In this document: one piece after another, positions 26,601 to 38,199 of the stretch | How the letters are laid out: every line of letters starts with the position of its first letter | How positions within the stretch are numbered: the stretch's first letter is position 1 | From: Macrostomum hystrix | Taxonomy: Eukaryota; Animalia; Platyhelminthes | Assembly (NCBI GenBank): GCA_950097015.1 | Contig: CATNEN010000029.1 | Coordinates: forward strand, 5,146,001-5,210,000 | DNA: 64,000 nucleotides | Direction: 5' to 3' | The notes under the pieces: generated by a model | Databases searched by the model: none | Told to the model about the DNA's origin: nothing | What the model saw: only the letters and a program-made list of their open reading frames with translations | Program-made: the position numbers and the translations under genes

Positions 26601-29038
26601 GTGGAGAGCGGGCGAAGGAGAGAATGCGGAGGTGTGAAGTTTGGTGGGTGCGAGTGAAAGGGGGAATGCGGAGGTGTGAAGTTTGGTGGCTGCGAGTGAA
26701 AGGGGGAATGCGGAGGTGTGAAGTTTGGTGGGTGCGAGTGAAAGGGGGAATGCGGAGGTGTGAAGTTTGGTGGCTGTGAGTGAAAGGGGGAATGCGGACG
26801 TGTGAAGTTTGGTGGCTGCGAGTGAAAGGGGGAATGCGGAGGTGTGAAGTTTGGTGGGTGCGAGTGAAAGGGGGAATGCGGAGGTGTGAAGTTTGGTGGC
26901 TGCGAGTGAAAGGGGGAATGCGGAGGTGTGAAGTTTAGTGGCTGCGAGAGAAAGGGGAATGCGGAGGTGTGAAGACTGACGGCGTAGTTCAGCTCACAAA
27001 TGTTATTGCTATCGCAGTCAAAAAAATGTTGCCTTTGGCTATGTTGACTCTTATTATCAATAACATCTGTTATCTCAGCTCATCACTCAATCCACAAGTA
27101 ACTCACTTGGACGCCCCAAAAACCTACAAGAAAATATCATAATTAGCGAAAAACTTTTATCGCATTTTTTCAGAAAATGTTCTCAACATTCAATTGCATG
27201 TGGGGCAACGAAATATTTACAATAATTCAAGTCCTGACTCTCTCATACGGTATCATGACACTGAGTTTCGCCCTTTGACGATCAAAGTTCTCACACCCAC
27301 TCAAATATTAGACCATGAATAATTTATTAGCATGCAACAAAAGAAACAGAGAAAAATCTATATTGAGACACATTTCTGTCATTAAAGTATATTTTAAGCC
27401 TGAGTTCTCACGAGTGACTCACAATTGCTTTCTGGGCTTGGATTGCGAATCAAGCTTGTTAGCTAAATCTAATTATATAAGTTAACATATTTACTTAAAA
27501 AACGCACTTTAATACAGGCCTCTAAATAGATTTGTATTTCTGTCTCCCTCACGATGTCTATAAGGTCGTTCTCCTTTGCCCCCCCGTTTGTAAATCTCAT
27601 TTGCCTCCCACCCTGACTGTAAATCTCATTTGCCCCCGTCCGTAAATCTCATTCGCCCCCTGTCTGTAAATCTCATTTGCCCCCTCTCTGTAAATCTCAT
27701 TTCCCCTGTCCGTAAATCTCATTTGTCCCCCTGTCTATAAATCTAATTTGCCCCCCTGTCTGTAAATCTCATTTGCCCCCTGTCTGTAAATCTAATTTGT
27801 CCCCCTGTCTATAAATCTCATTTGCCCCCTGTCTGTAAATCTCATTTGGCCCCTGTCTGTAAATCTCATTTGCCCCCCCTGTCTGTAAATCTCATTTGCC
27901 CCCTGTCTGTAAATCTCATTTGGCCCCTGTCTGTAAATCTCATTTGCCCCCCCCTGTCTGTAAATTTCATTTGCCCCCCTGTCTGTAAAACTCTTTTGCT
28001 CCTGTCTGTAAAACTCTTGCTGCTGTCTGTATAACTCTTTTGGATGGCTGTAAACTTTCTCACCGTATCTATGAATATCCTTATCCCCTGTCTGTAGTCT
28101 ATTCTCAATATCCTGGAATCCCTTTACTACTGACTGAGTTTAGCTTCAGTTCAGAAAAATAAAATAAGAAAAAGGACTGCCTGGCGCTCAATGACAGGTG
28201 CTCGGGTGGCATGGCTTTGTCCCAGTGGCCTATTCCCCTGTCAAACAGGGGTAACACTGAGCCAAATAGTCAAACAAAACTTTGAGACACGCATTGAGGG
28301 AAGAGAGACGTGCCCTGCCAACGATTTCATTGCTTGAATGTAGTTTATTTCTTGCCCAATCACGCCCACTTCCCTCACTCGCTCTCAGTCTCGCCTTCCT
28401 CAAACACTCGCGGAGAAAACAGGTGAGTAGGGCAGAACTGATTCCTCCTCATCTTAGTCATCTTAGTTGAAAATCGTCGTCCAATTTTCCAAGGCTCGAG
28501 AAGCCAAACACGAACTAGAACCGAACCTAAGCCGTGCCTCATTAGCTCACAATTAGCAGGTTGGTCTGATTCTGCTGATCAGTTGATGCGCATAAGAGAT
28601 TCATTAGGTATGGTTTAACATAACCATTTTTTGAGCGTCAATGGGTTTAGTGTTATCGTGAAAATATTATGTGCCTTAATTAGGACTTCACGAACAGGAA
28701 ACACTGCCATGCATTTTTATCTAATTACTGTTGTTTTGAGAGTGGGACAGACAGGTAGGGAGAGTGGGACAGACAGGTAGGGAGAGTGGGACAGACAGGT
28801 AGGGAGAGTGGGACAGACAGGTAGGGAGAGTGGGACAGACAGCTATCCAGCATGTTATTCTTGTGCCGCCTCTCCGCATCCATCCAGAACTCCTCCGGCA
28901 GTTCCACATCGTCCAATGTCTGCGCCTGTCCAATCGGCTTCTACGGCAGCAGGTGCCAGTTTAATTACACCACCTGCGCCGACAATCCGTGCGGCGACCG
29001 GGGCGTCTGCCGCGACCTGCCGGCGAAGGACGGCGTCA

Positions 29039-29069
<31 letters not shown>

Positions 29070-31213
29070 AGGTCGCTTCATCTGCAGCTGCCATCCCGGC
29101 TGGTCTGGCCGCGGCTGCGAGGTGAATCTAAACGACTGCCCGGAGGACTACTGTGACAATGGTGAGTCGGCTGGCAAAAATCATATTCTTGCACGAATGA
29201 GCTTCACCTGCGAATGACCAGCTTCATCTGCAGATAGCCAAACTAACATACAGATGAACAAAAATTCACTGAAAAATGACCAAAATCACACACAGATGAC
29301 TACAATCACACACAGATGACCACAATCACACACACAGATGACCACAATCACACACACAGATGACCACAATCACACACACAGATGACCACAATCACACACA
29401 CAGATGACCACAATCACACACACAGATGACCACAATCACACACACAGATGACCACAATCACACACAGATGACCACAATCACACACACAGATGACCACAAT
29501 CACGCACAGATGACCACAATCACACACAGATGAGAACAATCACACACACAGATGACCACAATCACGCACAGATGACCACAATCACACACACAGATGACCA
29601 CAATCACACACAGATGACCAAAATCACACACAGATGACCACAATCACACACAGATGACCACAATCACACACAGATGACCACAATCACACACAGATGACCA
29701 AAATCACACACAGATGAGAACAATCACACACATATGACCAAAATCACACACAGATGACCACAATCACACACAGATGAGAACAATCACACACAGATGACCA
29801 CGATCACACACAGATGACCACAATCACACACAGATGAGAACAATCACACACAGATGACCACAATCACACACATATGACCAAAATCACACACAGATGACCA
29901 AAATCACACACAGATGACCACAATCACACACAGATGAGAACAATCACACACAGATGACCAAAATCACACACAGATGACCACAATCACACACAGATGACCA
30001 CAATCACACACAGATGAGAACAATCACACACAGATGACCACAATCACACACATATGACCAAAATCACACACAGATGACCAAAATCACACACAGATGAGAA
30101 CACAGGCAGGTTGGCACAATAATCTGCAGATATGAACTCTCAATTGACACCTCACCGATCATCTAATGAGGTTTCGACCAAAAAACTTTTTGAAATCCCT
30201 GGCCCGGGTCGATGTTGATTAGTTCTAGCAGCTGTTAATCACGTCTAAGAAACCTCGAAAAAATTGACACTCATAACTTTCGCAGCCGCCCATTACAACG
30301 CATTTCTCGCCCCTCTATTTTTTTAATCTACTGAGGTGTGCTCAAATTTCTTCTCGCCCCAGCTTCGTCCCTCATCAAGCAGCACGTGTTTATCTCACCC
30401 ACCCAAATTTTTCCTACTCGGTGAATATTCACACACCTTTCCCTGCTCTCTCATTTGCAAAATTTCATTTCACACCTACTCAAACCTAGCCTACTCAAAT
30501 ATCTTCCACAGCCATACTGCGGAGTATGTATCTTCTATTGGCTGTTGGGAAAAACTGCCTATAGGCAATAAAGCCACATGGTTAGAGCTTTTGAGAGGCC
30601 TGAAGAAGCCACTCAGATACATTGCCCGAACTCAGCTAGGGGTGAGAGAGACAGAGACAGAGGGCGGGGGGGGGGTAAGCAGGGAGAAAGCGGACCAGCT
30701 CAAGGCGGATAAGACAGGGCGGTCTCAAGCGCACTGAGCAACTCCGCCCCTGAACCCAATTGCTGTTGGTAGGTGTCAGTTTGTGAGGGCGTGAGTGAGG
30801 CGGGGCTTGTTGGAGGATTAAGGCAACGGCACGCCCTGTGAGGTCTTGTTAGTCGTCGCAGTTGCAAAGGCGGGCAAGGGGTTGGGGAGGGTGCATTGTG
30901 TCGTTTGTAATTTTTCAGGCCTCAAGTTTGGCCGGCTGACAACAGCCACGAGAAGAGAAAGTGAGAAGGGCTTCGCATTGAGGAAATGGAAGGCCAACAG
31001 CACTCCAGAGGGTGGGGGGAGTGTTTGCAGCTTTCAGTTGCATTTTCCGTTCCAAAATAGCATATTCTTCTTTAGACTGCCACTGCTTGCTGCAAATAAT
31101 GCTTTTACTCAGCAAAGCATTTGCTACCTGTAGATATGGATTTTTGGCGGCTTTTCATTTGCTTTGCTAAAAGCATTCACTGGCTTTTGGCAAGTACCGG
31201 TTCAGTTGCTCTT

Positions 31214-31264
<51 letters not shown>

Positions 31265-33548
31265 AATGTGTGTGTGCAACTGCAAGCACTTGTTCAGCCA
31301 CTTGTTTATTAGTAACAAAATTATTAACGAAATTAAGAGCAGCAACAATTATTTATTCTAATATGAAAACCAGACTCTCACTATCGGACCCAAACTCTCA
31401 CACTCGGTCCCAGACTCTCACACTCGCTCCCAGACTCTCACACTCGCTCCCAGACTCTCACACTCGCACCCAGACTCTCACACTCGCACCCAGACTCTCA
31501 CACTCGCTCCCAGACTCTAACACTCGCTCCCAGACTCTAACACTCGCTCCCAGACTCTCACACTCGCTCCCAGACTCTCACACTCGCTCCCAGACTCTCA
31601 CACTCGCTCCCAGACTCTCACACTCTCTCCCAGACTCTCACACTCGCACCCAGACTCTCACACTCGCTCCCAGACTCTCACACTCGCTCCCAGACTCTCA
31701 CACTCGCTCCCAGACTCTCACACTCGCTCCCAGACTCTCACACTCGCTCCAAGACTCTCACACTCGCTCCCAGACTCTCACACTCGCACCCAGACTCTAA
31801 CACTCAACACTCGCTCCCAGACTCTCACACTCGCTCCCAGACTCTCACACTCGCTCCCAGACTCTCACACTCGCACCCAGACTCTCACAATCGCTCCCAG
31901 ACTCTCACACTCGCTCCCAGACTCTAAAACTCGCTCCCAGACTCTCACACTCGCTCCAAGACTCTCAAACTCGCTCCTAGACTCTCAAACTCGCACCCAG
32001 ACTCTCACACTCGCACCCAGACTCTCACACTCGCTCCCAGACTCTCACACTCGCTCCCAGACTCTAAAACTCGCTCCCAGACTCTCACACTCGCTCCAAG
32101 ACTCTCAAACTCGCTCCTAGACTCTCAAACTCGCACCCAGACTCTCACACTCGCTCCCAGACTCTCACACTCGCTCCCAGACTCTAAAACTCGCTCCCAG
32201 ACTCTCACACTCGCTCCCAGACTCTCACACTCGCACCCAGACTCTCACACTCGCTCCCAGACTCTCACACTCGCTCCCAGACTAAAAAACTCGCTCCCAG
32301 ACTCTCACACTCGCTCCCAGACTCTCACACTCGCTCCCAGACTCTCACACTCGCTCCCAGACTCTCACACTTGTATCTAGTCTCTCAAACTCGCATCTAG
32401 TCTCTCAAAGTCGCATCTAGTCTCTCAAACACGCATCTAGTCTAGTCTCTCAAACTCGCATCTAGTCTAGTCTCTCAAACTCGCATCTAGTCTCTCAAAG
32501 TCGCATCTAGTCTCTCAAAGTCGCATCTAGTCTCTCAAACTCGCATGTAGTCTCTCAAACTCGCATCTAGTCTCTCAAACTCGCATCTAGTCTTTCAAAC
32601 TCGCATCTAGTCTCTCAAACTCGCATCTAGTCTCTCAAACTCGCCTCTAGTCTCTCAAACTCGCATCTAGTCTCTCAAACTCGCATCTAGTCTCTCACAC
32701 TGTGGTAGAAATTCGGGTGGCTGTACGCGGCTGTAAGCTCTGGTCCAACAGGGCCAGGCTAAATGCCTATGTCTAACTAGGTGTTAAACAAATGAAATAT
32801 TGCAGGCGGCCAATGTGTCGATCTGGTGAACAGATTCCAGTGCATCTGCCGGCTGAATTACCGCGGCCCCAGGTGCTCGGTAAATCTTCGCGACTGTCGC
32901 AATCTTACCTGCCTCAACGGTGGAGTCTGTCGCGACCTGGCCGACGGCCTCGGCTGCGACTGTCCGGCCGGACTCAGTGGCAAATTCTGCGAACTCGGCC
33001 TGCCTCCGGCCGACGTGTCCACGATAGAACGGCCGATGCAGAGCGAGCAGGGTCAGCAGCCAGCCATGGCCTTGCTGCTCCTGGCGGCCGCAGTTCTGCT
33101 CCTCCTCCTGCTGCTCCTGGCGTCGGTCGGCTTCGCCTTCGCCTGGCGGCGCAGGAAGCGCAGAAGCGCTCAGCAGCAGCCGGGGCTCTCCGCTGCGGTT
33201 GCTATGGGAACCGCCGAACCAGTTTATGACGACAATGACGACTTGGCAGACGAAGACAACAGCGCCAGGCACCGACAGAAGCTTGGCAGCTTCGGTGAGA
33301 CAACCAAACTGCGCAGCTTCGAAGACTTTTACCTCGTTAGTGGCGGAGGCGGCGGCGGCGGCGGCGCAGGCGGCGGTCGAGACGCCCCAATGAACAACAG
33401 CCGACGAAACCTGCTACATCGGTCTGGCCCAGCCGACAGCAAGATGGACTACTTTGCGCACAAACAGATTAACAACCTGCTCAGCGCTAGCCAAGGCTGC
33501 CTGAGTCCAAGGGACCGGCGACTCACAATGGCCTACTCGCATGGGTAA
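14613..33548 (+). CDS. Delta: Delta-like Notch ligand (signal peptide, MNNL/C2, DSL, DOS EGF1-2, 7 EGF in total, TM, ICD); ~707 aa if it ends at 33548, ~763 aa with the extra exon 34204-34375
   Basis: Phase-consistent GT-AG exons: 14613-14699, 17927-18241, 18799-18874, 24037-24288, 24693-24747, 25170-25303, 26400-26587, 28888-29161 and 32806-33548. DSL motif CQKQCMPRDDLLGHYSCSAAGEMRCLPGYSGDRC. TM ALLLLAAAVLLLLLLLLASVGFAFAW followed by RRRKRR. ICD has MNN and QINNL motifs. No cysteine-rich vWC-like region after the EGFs, so Delta rather than Serrate/Jagged. Confidence 0.9.
14745..16130. repeat. 45-bp minisatellite in Delta intron 1
   Basis: Unit tacagacactgtaggcagacagaaacacagaacatgagaagcatg (15-aa periodicity in the ORF track). 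Confidence 0.97.
16988..17918. repeat. 17-bp minisatellite ending ~8 nt before Delta exon 2
   Basis: Unit cacctga(c/a)acccgaa(c/g)a, ~54 copies. Confidence 0.98.
17927..18241 (+). CDS. Delta: Delta exon 2 (MNNL/C2 domain with Gly9 insert)
   Basis: AGSNLEFQLSLRGFSNPAGQLADGRCC...CRTFVRVC...W; ttcag|GCC, GTG|GTGAGT. Confidence 0.88.
18799..18874 (+). CDS. Delta: Delta exon 3 (MNNL, ADRAFAVVFDLLH...)
   Basis: tgtag|GCT ... CTG G|GTGAGT; bridges phase 0 to phase 1 as required. Confidence 0.75.
19030..19560. repeat. Purine-rich (AGAGAAT/AGAT) minisatellite in Delta intron 3
   Basis: agagaatagagaatagata units. Confidence 0.93.
19930..23068. repeat. 25-bp purine-rich minisatellite (~125 copies) in Delta intron 3
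   Basis: Unit gatagagaattgatagaaatagatg. Confidence 0.98.
23425..23960. repeat. 18-bp minisatellite
   Basis: Unit atccctaatct(c/g)acaatg. Confidence 0.96.
24037..24288 (+). CDS. Delta: Delta exon 4 (DSL domain)
   Basis: ccacag|GC CTG ...; YRFRCRLGFYGHSCQKQCMPRDDLLGHYSC; C|GTAAGG. Confidence 0.93.
24293..24525. repeat. 21-bp minisatellite starting at the exon-4 donor
   Basis: Unit agagctctagagatagggaag / agagatctagtgatagggaag. Confidence 0.9.
24693..24747 (+). CDS. Delta: Delta exon 5 (EGF1, first half)
   Basis: ccgcag|CC ACT TGC: PTCQPACVQGTCTGPNRC; AG|GTGAGT. Confidence 0.85.
25170..25303 (+). CDS. Delta: Delta exon 6 (EGF1 end and EGF2, DOS motif)
   Basis: CFTGWRGANCSACIPMPQCSSRGYCNKPLECLCPPGYGGLFCDI; G|GTCAGT. 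Confidence 0.88.
25795..26232. repeat. 20-bp minisatellite flanked by a 133-bp direct repeat
   Basis: Unit cacacacagatgaccacaat; flanks 25656-25788 and 26233-26365 are nearly identical. Confidence 0.95.
26400..26587 (+). CDS. Delta: Delta exon 7 (EGF3, start of EGF4)
   Basis: DLRWCQHNPNPCLHGGQC...CLNGGLCLT; ACG|GTGAGG. Confidence 0.9.
26620..26972. repeat. 42-bp minisatellite after the exon-7 donor
   Basis: Unit gaatgcggaggtgtgaagtttggtgg(g/c)tgcgagtgaaagggg, ~8 copies. Confidence 0.95.
27575..28060. repeat. ~24-bp minisatellite
   Basis: Unit ccccctgtctgtaaatctcatttg. Confidence 0.9.
28740..28840. repeat. 22-bp repeat, ~4.5 copies
   Basis: Unit gtgggacagacaggtagggaga. Confidence 0.93.
28888..29161 (+). 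CDS. Delta: Delta exon 8 (EGF4 end, EGF5 with poly-Gly insert, EGF6 start)
   Basis: atccag|AAC TCC ...CACPIGFYGSRC...CSCHPGWSGRGC...CDN; G|GTGAGT. Confidence 0.88.
29275..30100. repeat. 20-bp minisatellite, same family as 25795-26232
   Basis: Unit cacacacagatgaccacaat. Confidence 0.96.
31217..31262. repeat. (TG)n microsatellite
   Basis: Perfect TG run. Confidence 0.98.
31372..32700. repeat. Composite 20-bp minisatellite
   Basis: cagactctcacactcgctcc up to ~32370, then tagtctctcaaactcgcatc. Confidence 0.96.
32806..33548 (+). CDS. Delta: Delta exon 9 (EGF6-7, TM, ICD)
   Basis: tgcag|GC GGC CAA TGT; in-frame TAA at 33546-33548 overlaps a strong donor GG|GTAAGA at 33545. Confidence 0.9.
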
Positions 33549-34203
33549 GATTCCAACTTTCCTATTTAGTTCTGGGTGGTAGGATAAATTCAAATTATTG
33601 AGCAAGATCCCATGATAATCTTGGATTGAACAAAATCCTTCTTTTCTGCAGAAAAATTTTCCAAATTCTCACTGTCAATCATTTTAAATATGTAAATTAG
33701 CTTCTCAGTGCGCAATCGTTGCCATGGTGACCACCCTGTGGAGTCAATTGGGACTCAGCCTGAACGGAAATTAGCTTTTTGTTTCCAGTTCCGTTGATAT
33801 TACACTTTCGATCGAAGGACTTACTGAAGTAAATGGATTCAATACAATTGATTTGTGGAACATTGCTGAAGACAGATTTTAAGTGAAAAATGCATTAAGG
33901 AGATGATAAGGTGAAAAATTAAACATACAATATAGCCATTTACTCAACGCGTTCTTTCGTTTAATATTGGTCCTCAACAATGATCTCAACCGTGTTTCTT
34001 AAATTTTCCCATTTCAATCGACCGGAAATAGTCCTTTTTCAAGTACATTCAACACCAAAAGCTAAGTTTTGAAGCCCGTGTCTGCCATTGAAATGTTCTC
34101 AGAAAATTCCATTTTGACTACTCCCAATTAACAACTCAGTAGTATCTATCGCACTTTTATCAAAATCCTCATCATAATGAAAAAATACATGCAATTCCTC
34201 CAG

Positions 34204-34375
34204 AATGCAGCCGGGACAGTCGAGGCCGCTACAGTCATCGGCGTCCATGCAGTTCCACCAGGGCCGCGTGGCAACCGTCAGCCGGGCTGGCCTCGGCTCC
34301 GCCTCCGTGCACAGCGCCATGCGGCACACGAGAATTCCCAGTTGCGAGTTCGGCTGCGGCCCGGACTGGGCCTGA
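34204..34375 (+). CDS. Delta: Probable Delta terminal exon 10 (MQPGQSRPLQSSASMQFHQGRVATVS...GPDWA*)
   Basis: Acceptor ttcctccag|A; phase 2 matches the donor at 33545; GC-rich block with mostly G/C-ending codons in this frame. Confidence 0.5.
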
Positions 34376-34471
34376 CAACCTGGGCGAATGCCATCAATCA
34401 CTTCCCGGCTTCTATCGCCAGCAATGCTCTGACTACCATCACCTGGCTCCTCCGAGCCAACCCATCCAAGT

Positions 34472-35222
34472 CTACCCCTCCTCCGAGACAACCCCTCCTC
34501 CGAGACAACCCCTCCTCCGAGACAACCCCTCCTCCGAGACAACCCCTCCTCCGAGACAACCCCTCCTCCGAGACAACCCCTCCTCCGAGACAACCCCTCC
34601 TCCGAGACAACCCCTCCTCCGAGACAACCCCTCCTCCGAGACAACCCCTCCTCCGAGACAACCCCTCCTCCGAGACAACCCCTCCTCCGAGACAACCCCT
34701 CCTCCGAGACAACCCCTCCTCCGAGACAACCCCTCCTCCGAGACAACCCCTCCTCCGAGACAACCCCTCCTCCGAGACAACCCCTCCTCCGAGACAACCC
34801 CTCCTCCGAGACAACCCCTCCTCTGCACTCAACCCCTACTCCGCGCCCAACCACCCCTCCTCCACACCCAACCCCTCCTCAGAGACAACCCTCCTCCAAG
34901 TCAACCCTCCTACAAGCCAACCCCTCCTCCAAGCCAACCCTCCTCCGCACCCAACCCCTTCTCCGCACCCAACCCCTTCTCCGCACCCAACCCCTTCTCC
35001 GCACCCAACCCCTTCTCCGCACCCAACCCCTTCTCCGCACCCAACCCCGCATCCGCACCCAACCACTCCTCCGCACTCAACCCCACCTCCGCACCCAACA
35101 CCACCTCCGCACCCAACCCCTTCTCCGCACCCAACCCCGCATCCGCACCCAACCACTCCTCCGCACTCAACCCCACCTCCGCACTCAACCCCACCTCCGC
35201 ACCCAAACCCTCCTCCGCACCC
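34472..35222. repeat. C-rich 17-bp (ccgagacaacccctcct) then 18-bp (ccgcacccaaccccttct) arrays at the Delta 3' end
   Basis: Perfect 17-bp units 34472-34822; degenerate 18-bp units thereafter. Confidence 0.96.
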
Positions 35223-36069
35223 ACAACGCCTCCGCCCAGTTCTACCTACTCGAAAGGCATCGCTGCAGACGCTGACAAGCAGACGCTGGTCGTTATAGCC
35301 GGCTTCTGATCTAAAACCAAGCCAGACACATCGAAACCTTTAGAAAAACTAGTCGCGAGCAGCTCCTCACTCTCTATTTTTCTTCGACTTTGGCTTAGCC
35401 ATAAAAAATTGGAACACGCGCGCACACGCAGAACAATCAATATGCAATGTCGCACTTCGCACTCCCCCATATTATGAGTATAGAGCATAAAATGCTAATA
35501 GAAATGTTTTATTAAAGAACTGGCTTACGGCTTTCTTGTCCTCAACTACCTCCAGTGAGTTCTCTGACTGGCCCAGCTTCAGATTCACAAAATTTATTTA
35601 TATTTTCTATATTTTAACAATAGACTTTTAAAGTCTAATTAGAAAACTGATAATTTTATACCAATGTGAGTGTTTACAATACTGATCAATATTTAATCTC
35701 CCCATTTACCAACCAGTTACATTGCTCCGCATAGATACATGCTTTATATAGATAAATATGCGGGGAAAAATATCGAATGTCAGCTTGTTCATGTACTGCA
35801 ATGCTTATCCAGGTGTGTTTAAGTATTTTATGTCGAAATTGTAAGATCCGGTTATATATGAAATAATTGTAAGCCTTGGCACATGACCCTTGAACGCCCT
35901 AACAGTACACTGTCATAATAATCATAATAAATAATTAATCAAGTGACACTTCGTTTTAGTGGCAGTCGACCCACAACCAGTCTGAGTTACACAGAAACAC
36001 ACTCAGGCAGGGTGTGTACATACTCGTATGCCGTGACTTTCTCATTGTCAGTTGTTGAATTTATTAAAA

Positions 36070-36262
36070 ACTGATTGATCAGTCCGTGGACTGGGGGGGG
36101 ACGCCACACCCACCCTCAATTACCCCAGCTAATGCTGGTACCCATTTAACAGCTGGGTGATCTGAAGCAATGCTTCAATGATTCGAATTTATCCATGGGG
36201 TATGGGAATCGAACCATTGACCTTCAAGTCGTCTATCAACTAGGCTACAGGCCCTAGCACTG
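36070..36262 (-). mobile_element. Degenerate tRNA-derived SINE-like element
   Basis: Minus strand: A-box-like TAGCCTAGTTGATAGA (36247-36232), B-box GGTTCGATTCCC (36215-36204), then cacccagctgttaaatgggtaccagc, which resembles CORE-type SINE bodies. There is no complete tRNA cloverleaf. Confidence 0.5.
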
Positions 36263-37561
36263 CATAGAATGACACAGCAGAAATGTTAGCAGAAGTTTGT
36301 TTGTTTCGAAATTTCTCACTTGTCACCTCGTCACAGATCCAGTCAAACTGGAATATTCCCACCAGAAATAGCTAGAGAACATAAACTCACACGCAATCAC
36401 TGCTACCCAAAGTCTACTAGCGTTGATAAAGTCATTTTGTTTATGAATTCTCTCGTCTTAATTGTTGCTTCTTCTCCAATAAAGAAAAAGTACTATTATA
36501 TTATATATCTCATAAAGTGTTAGTTGATAAAAATATTAATATGGATTGTCTTAAACTTTAACGGCGCTTAAAGTACATAAAAAAAGGCTGAAAGCCGCCA
36601 GTGAGAGAGTTCACTTCAGGACAGACAAACAATCAGATAAGGCCTATTTTAGCGTCACTTGTGCGCCCATTGATAAACACTTTAAACAGAAACTGTTCTG
36701 CCAAAAGGACATAAAAACTGTTTATCTAAAAGAAAAATATTCTAAAAGGCCTAGAACTAGAAGTTTCCTGATTAAGCCACTATCCAGGTTGAAGCAAATT
36801 AGCTGAGTTAGCAAATTGGCAATAGAGCTAGCTCTACTGAATAAATTATAGAACACTCTATTTTTTTACAAAATAACGCTTCACAGTGCTTAAGTACTGA
36901 TGCATCATCTTAGCGAGAGAAGCTAGCCTACACACGGAAACTTGTACATTAGTTTAGACTTTCATCATTTTTTGCCGGAAGGCAGTGTACAGTCTTGAAG
37001 CTATTTATAGAAGCTAGGAATCGCTTTCTATTTTTAGCTCTAGCCAACTTCAGCACAGAGCCGAATGCCTGGCGGGGTCAGGTCGAGAGCCTGAGAGATG
37101 ACGCGCATCTTGTTGAAAATGCAGAATGCTGAAATTACAAAACGCGTTTCTATACTAGATTGTCTAAAGTGGATTGGAATGCAAGCAAACACTTTTTTGT
37201 TCTGCATTGAACAATAGAATATTCTGGAATGCGAACTGCTTCCACGTTAAAACAAATATTTTTTTCTCCATCTTCGTTTGTTTATAAATGAAAATTGCAT
37301 TTATTAGCGCAAGGCAACACCAATGTCCAGCAATTGTGTTTTTGTCTGCTAGTAGAAAGTAGCCATAGCTAATATAGTAAATGCAAAAAGCTAAAGCAAT
37401 TCTCAAACAAAGACTAGAAATGTGTTATTAAATACTAGTGATTATTAAACGGAGCTCGTAATTAATAGTCAAACAGAAGTTGTTAGTCAACTTCTTTAGA
37501 AATTTCTGTCATTGCTTGTAATTTTCATTAAAAAGCCAGTAAATGCCATTGAAACGTAATA

Positions 37562-37935
37562 GTAGCCAGAAAAAAGTTAGTAATTGCTAGTGAAACCTAG
37601 TAATCGCCAGTAAAAGCTAGTAATTGCCAGTAAAAGCTAGTAATTGCTAGTGAAACCTAGTAATCGCCAGTAAAAGCTAGTAATTGCTAGTGAAACCTAG
37701 TAATCGCCAGTAAAAGCTAGTAATTGCCAGTAAAAGCTAGTAATTGCTAGTGAAACCTAGTAATCGCCAGTAAAAGCTAGTAATTGCCAGTAAAAGCTAG
37801 TAATTGCTAGTGAAACCTAGTAATCGCCAGTAAAAGCTAGTAATTGCCAGTAAAAGCTAGTAATTGCTAGTGAAACCTAGTAATCGCCAGTAAAAGCTAG
37901 TAATTGCCAGTAAAAGCTAGTAATTGCTAGTGAAA
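37562..37935. repeat. 20-bp minisatellite organised as a 60-bp trimer
   Basis: agtaatcgccagtaaaagct + agtaattgccagtaaaagct + agtaattgctagtgaaacct repeating. Confidence 0.96.
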
Positions 37936-38199
37936 GCAAGTGAAAATTGAAATCCATGGTCTTAATGTTGATGTCCTTCTTCCAAGCCAACCCTTTGACT
38001 TGCGTGGGTGTCTGTAACACGTGGTGTCAGGTTTAGTCTAAGTTCAAATTTGCCTCGCATTACAACATACCCAGTCAAGAATAAATTTGAATTCGTTAAA
38101 GAACTACGAGTACTTCCAGATCTATTTCCTTTTATTTTCCTGAAAAAAACTGGTCATCAGTACCGAAATTTCTAGCTCCAAAGTCCTTTTTTAAGTCCG

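Noticed and set aside
10613-27412. Scattered CSL/Su(H) motifs (10613, 11688, 16367, 23431, 27405) around Delta
   Set aside because: About one per 8 kb is expected by chance, and I saw no paired-site arrangement.
34099-34854. Minus-strand 251-aa ORF with a Cys-rich-looking tail (WWNCMDADDCSGLDCPGC)
   Set aside because: Antisense shadow of the GC-rich Delta terminal region plus array; no recognisable domain or start context.
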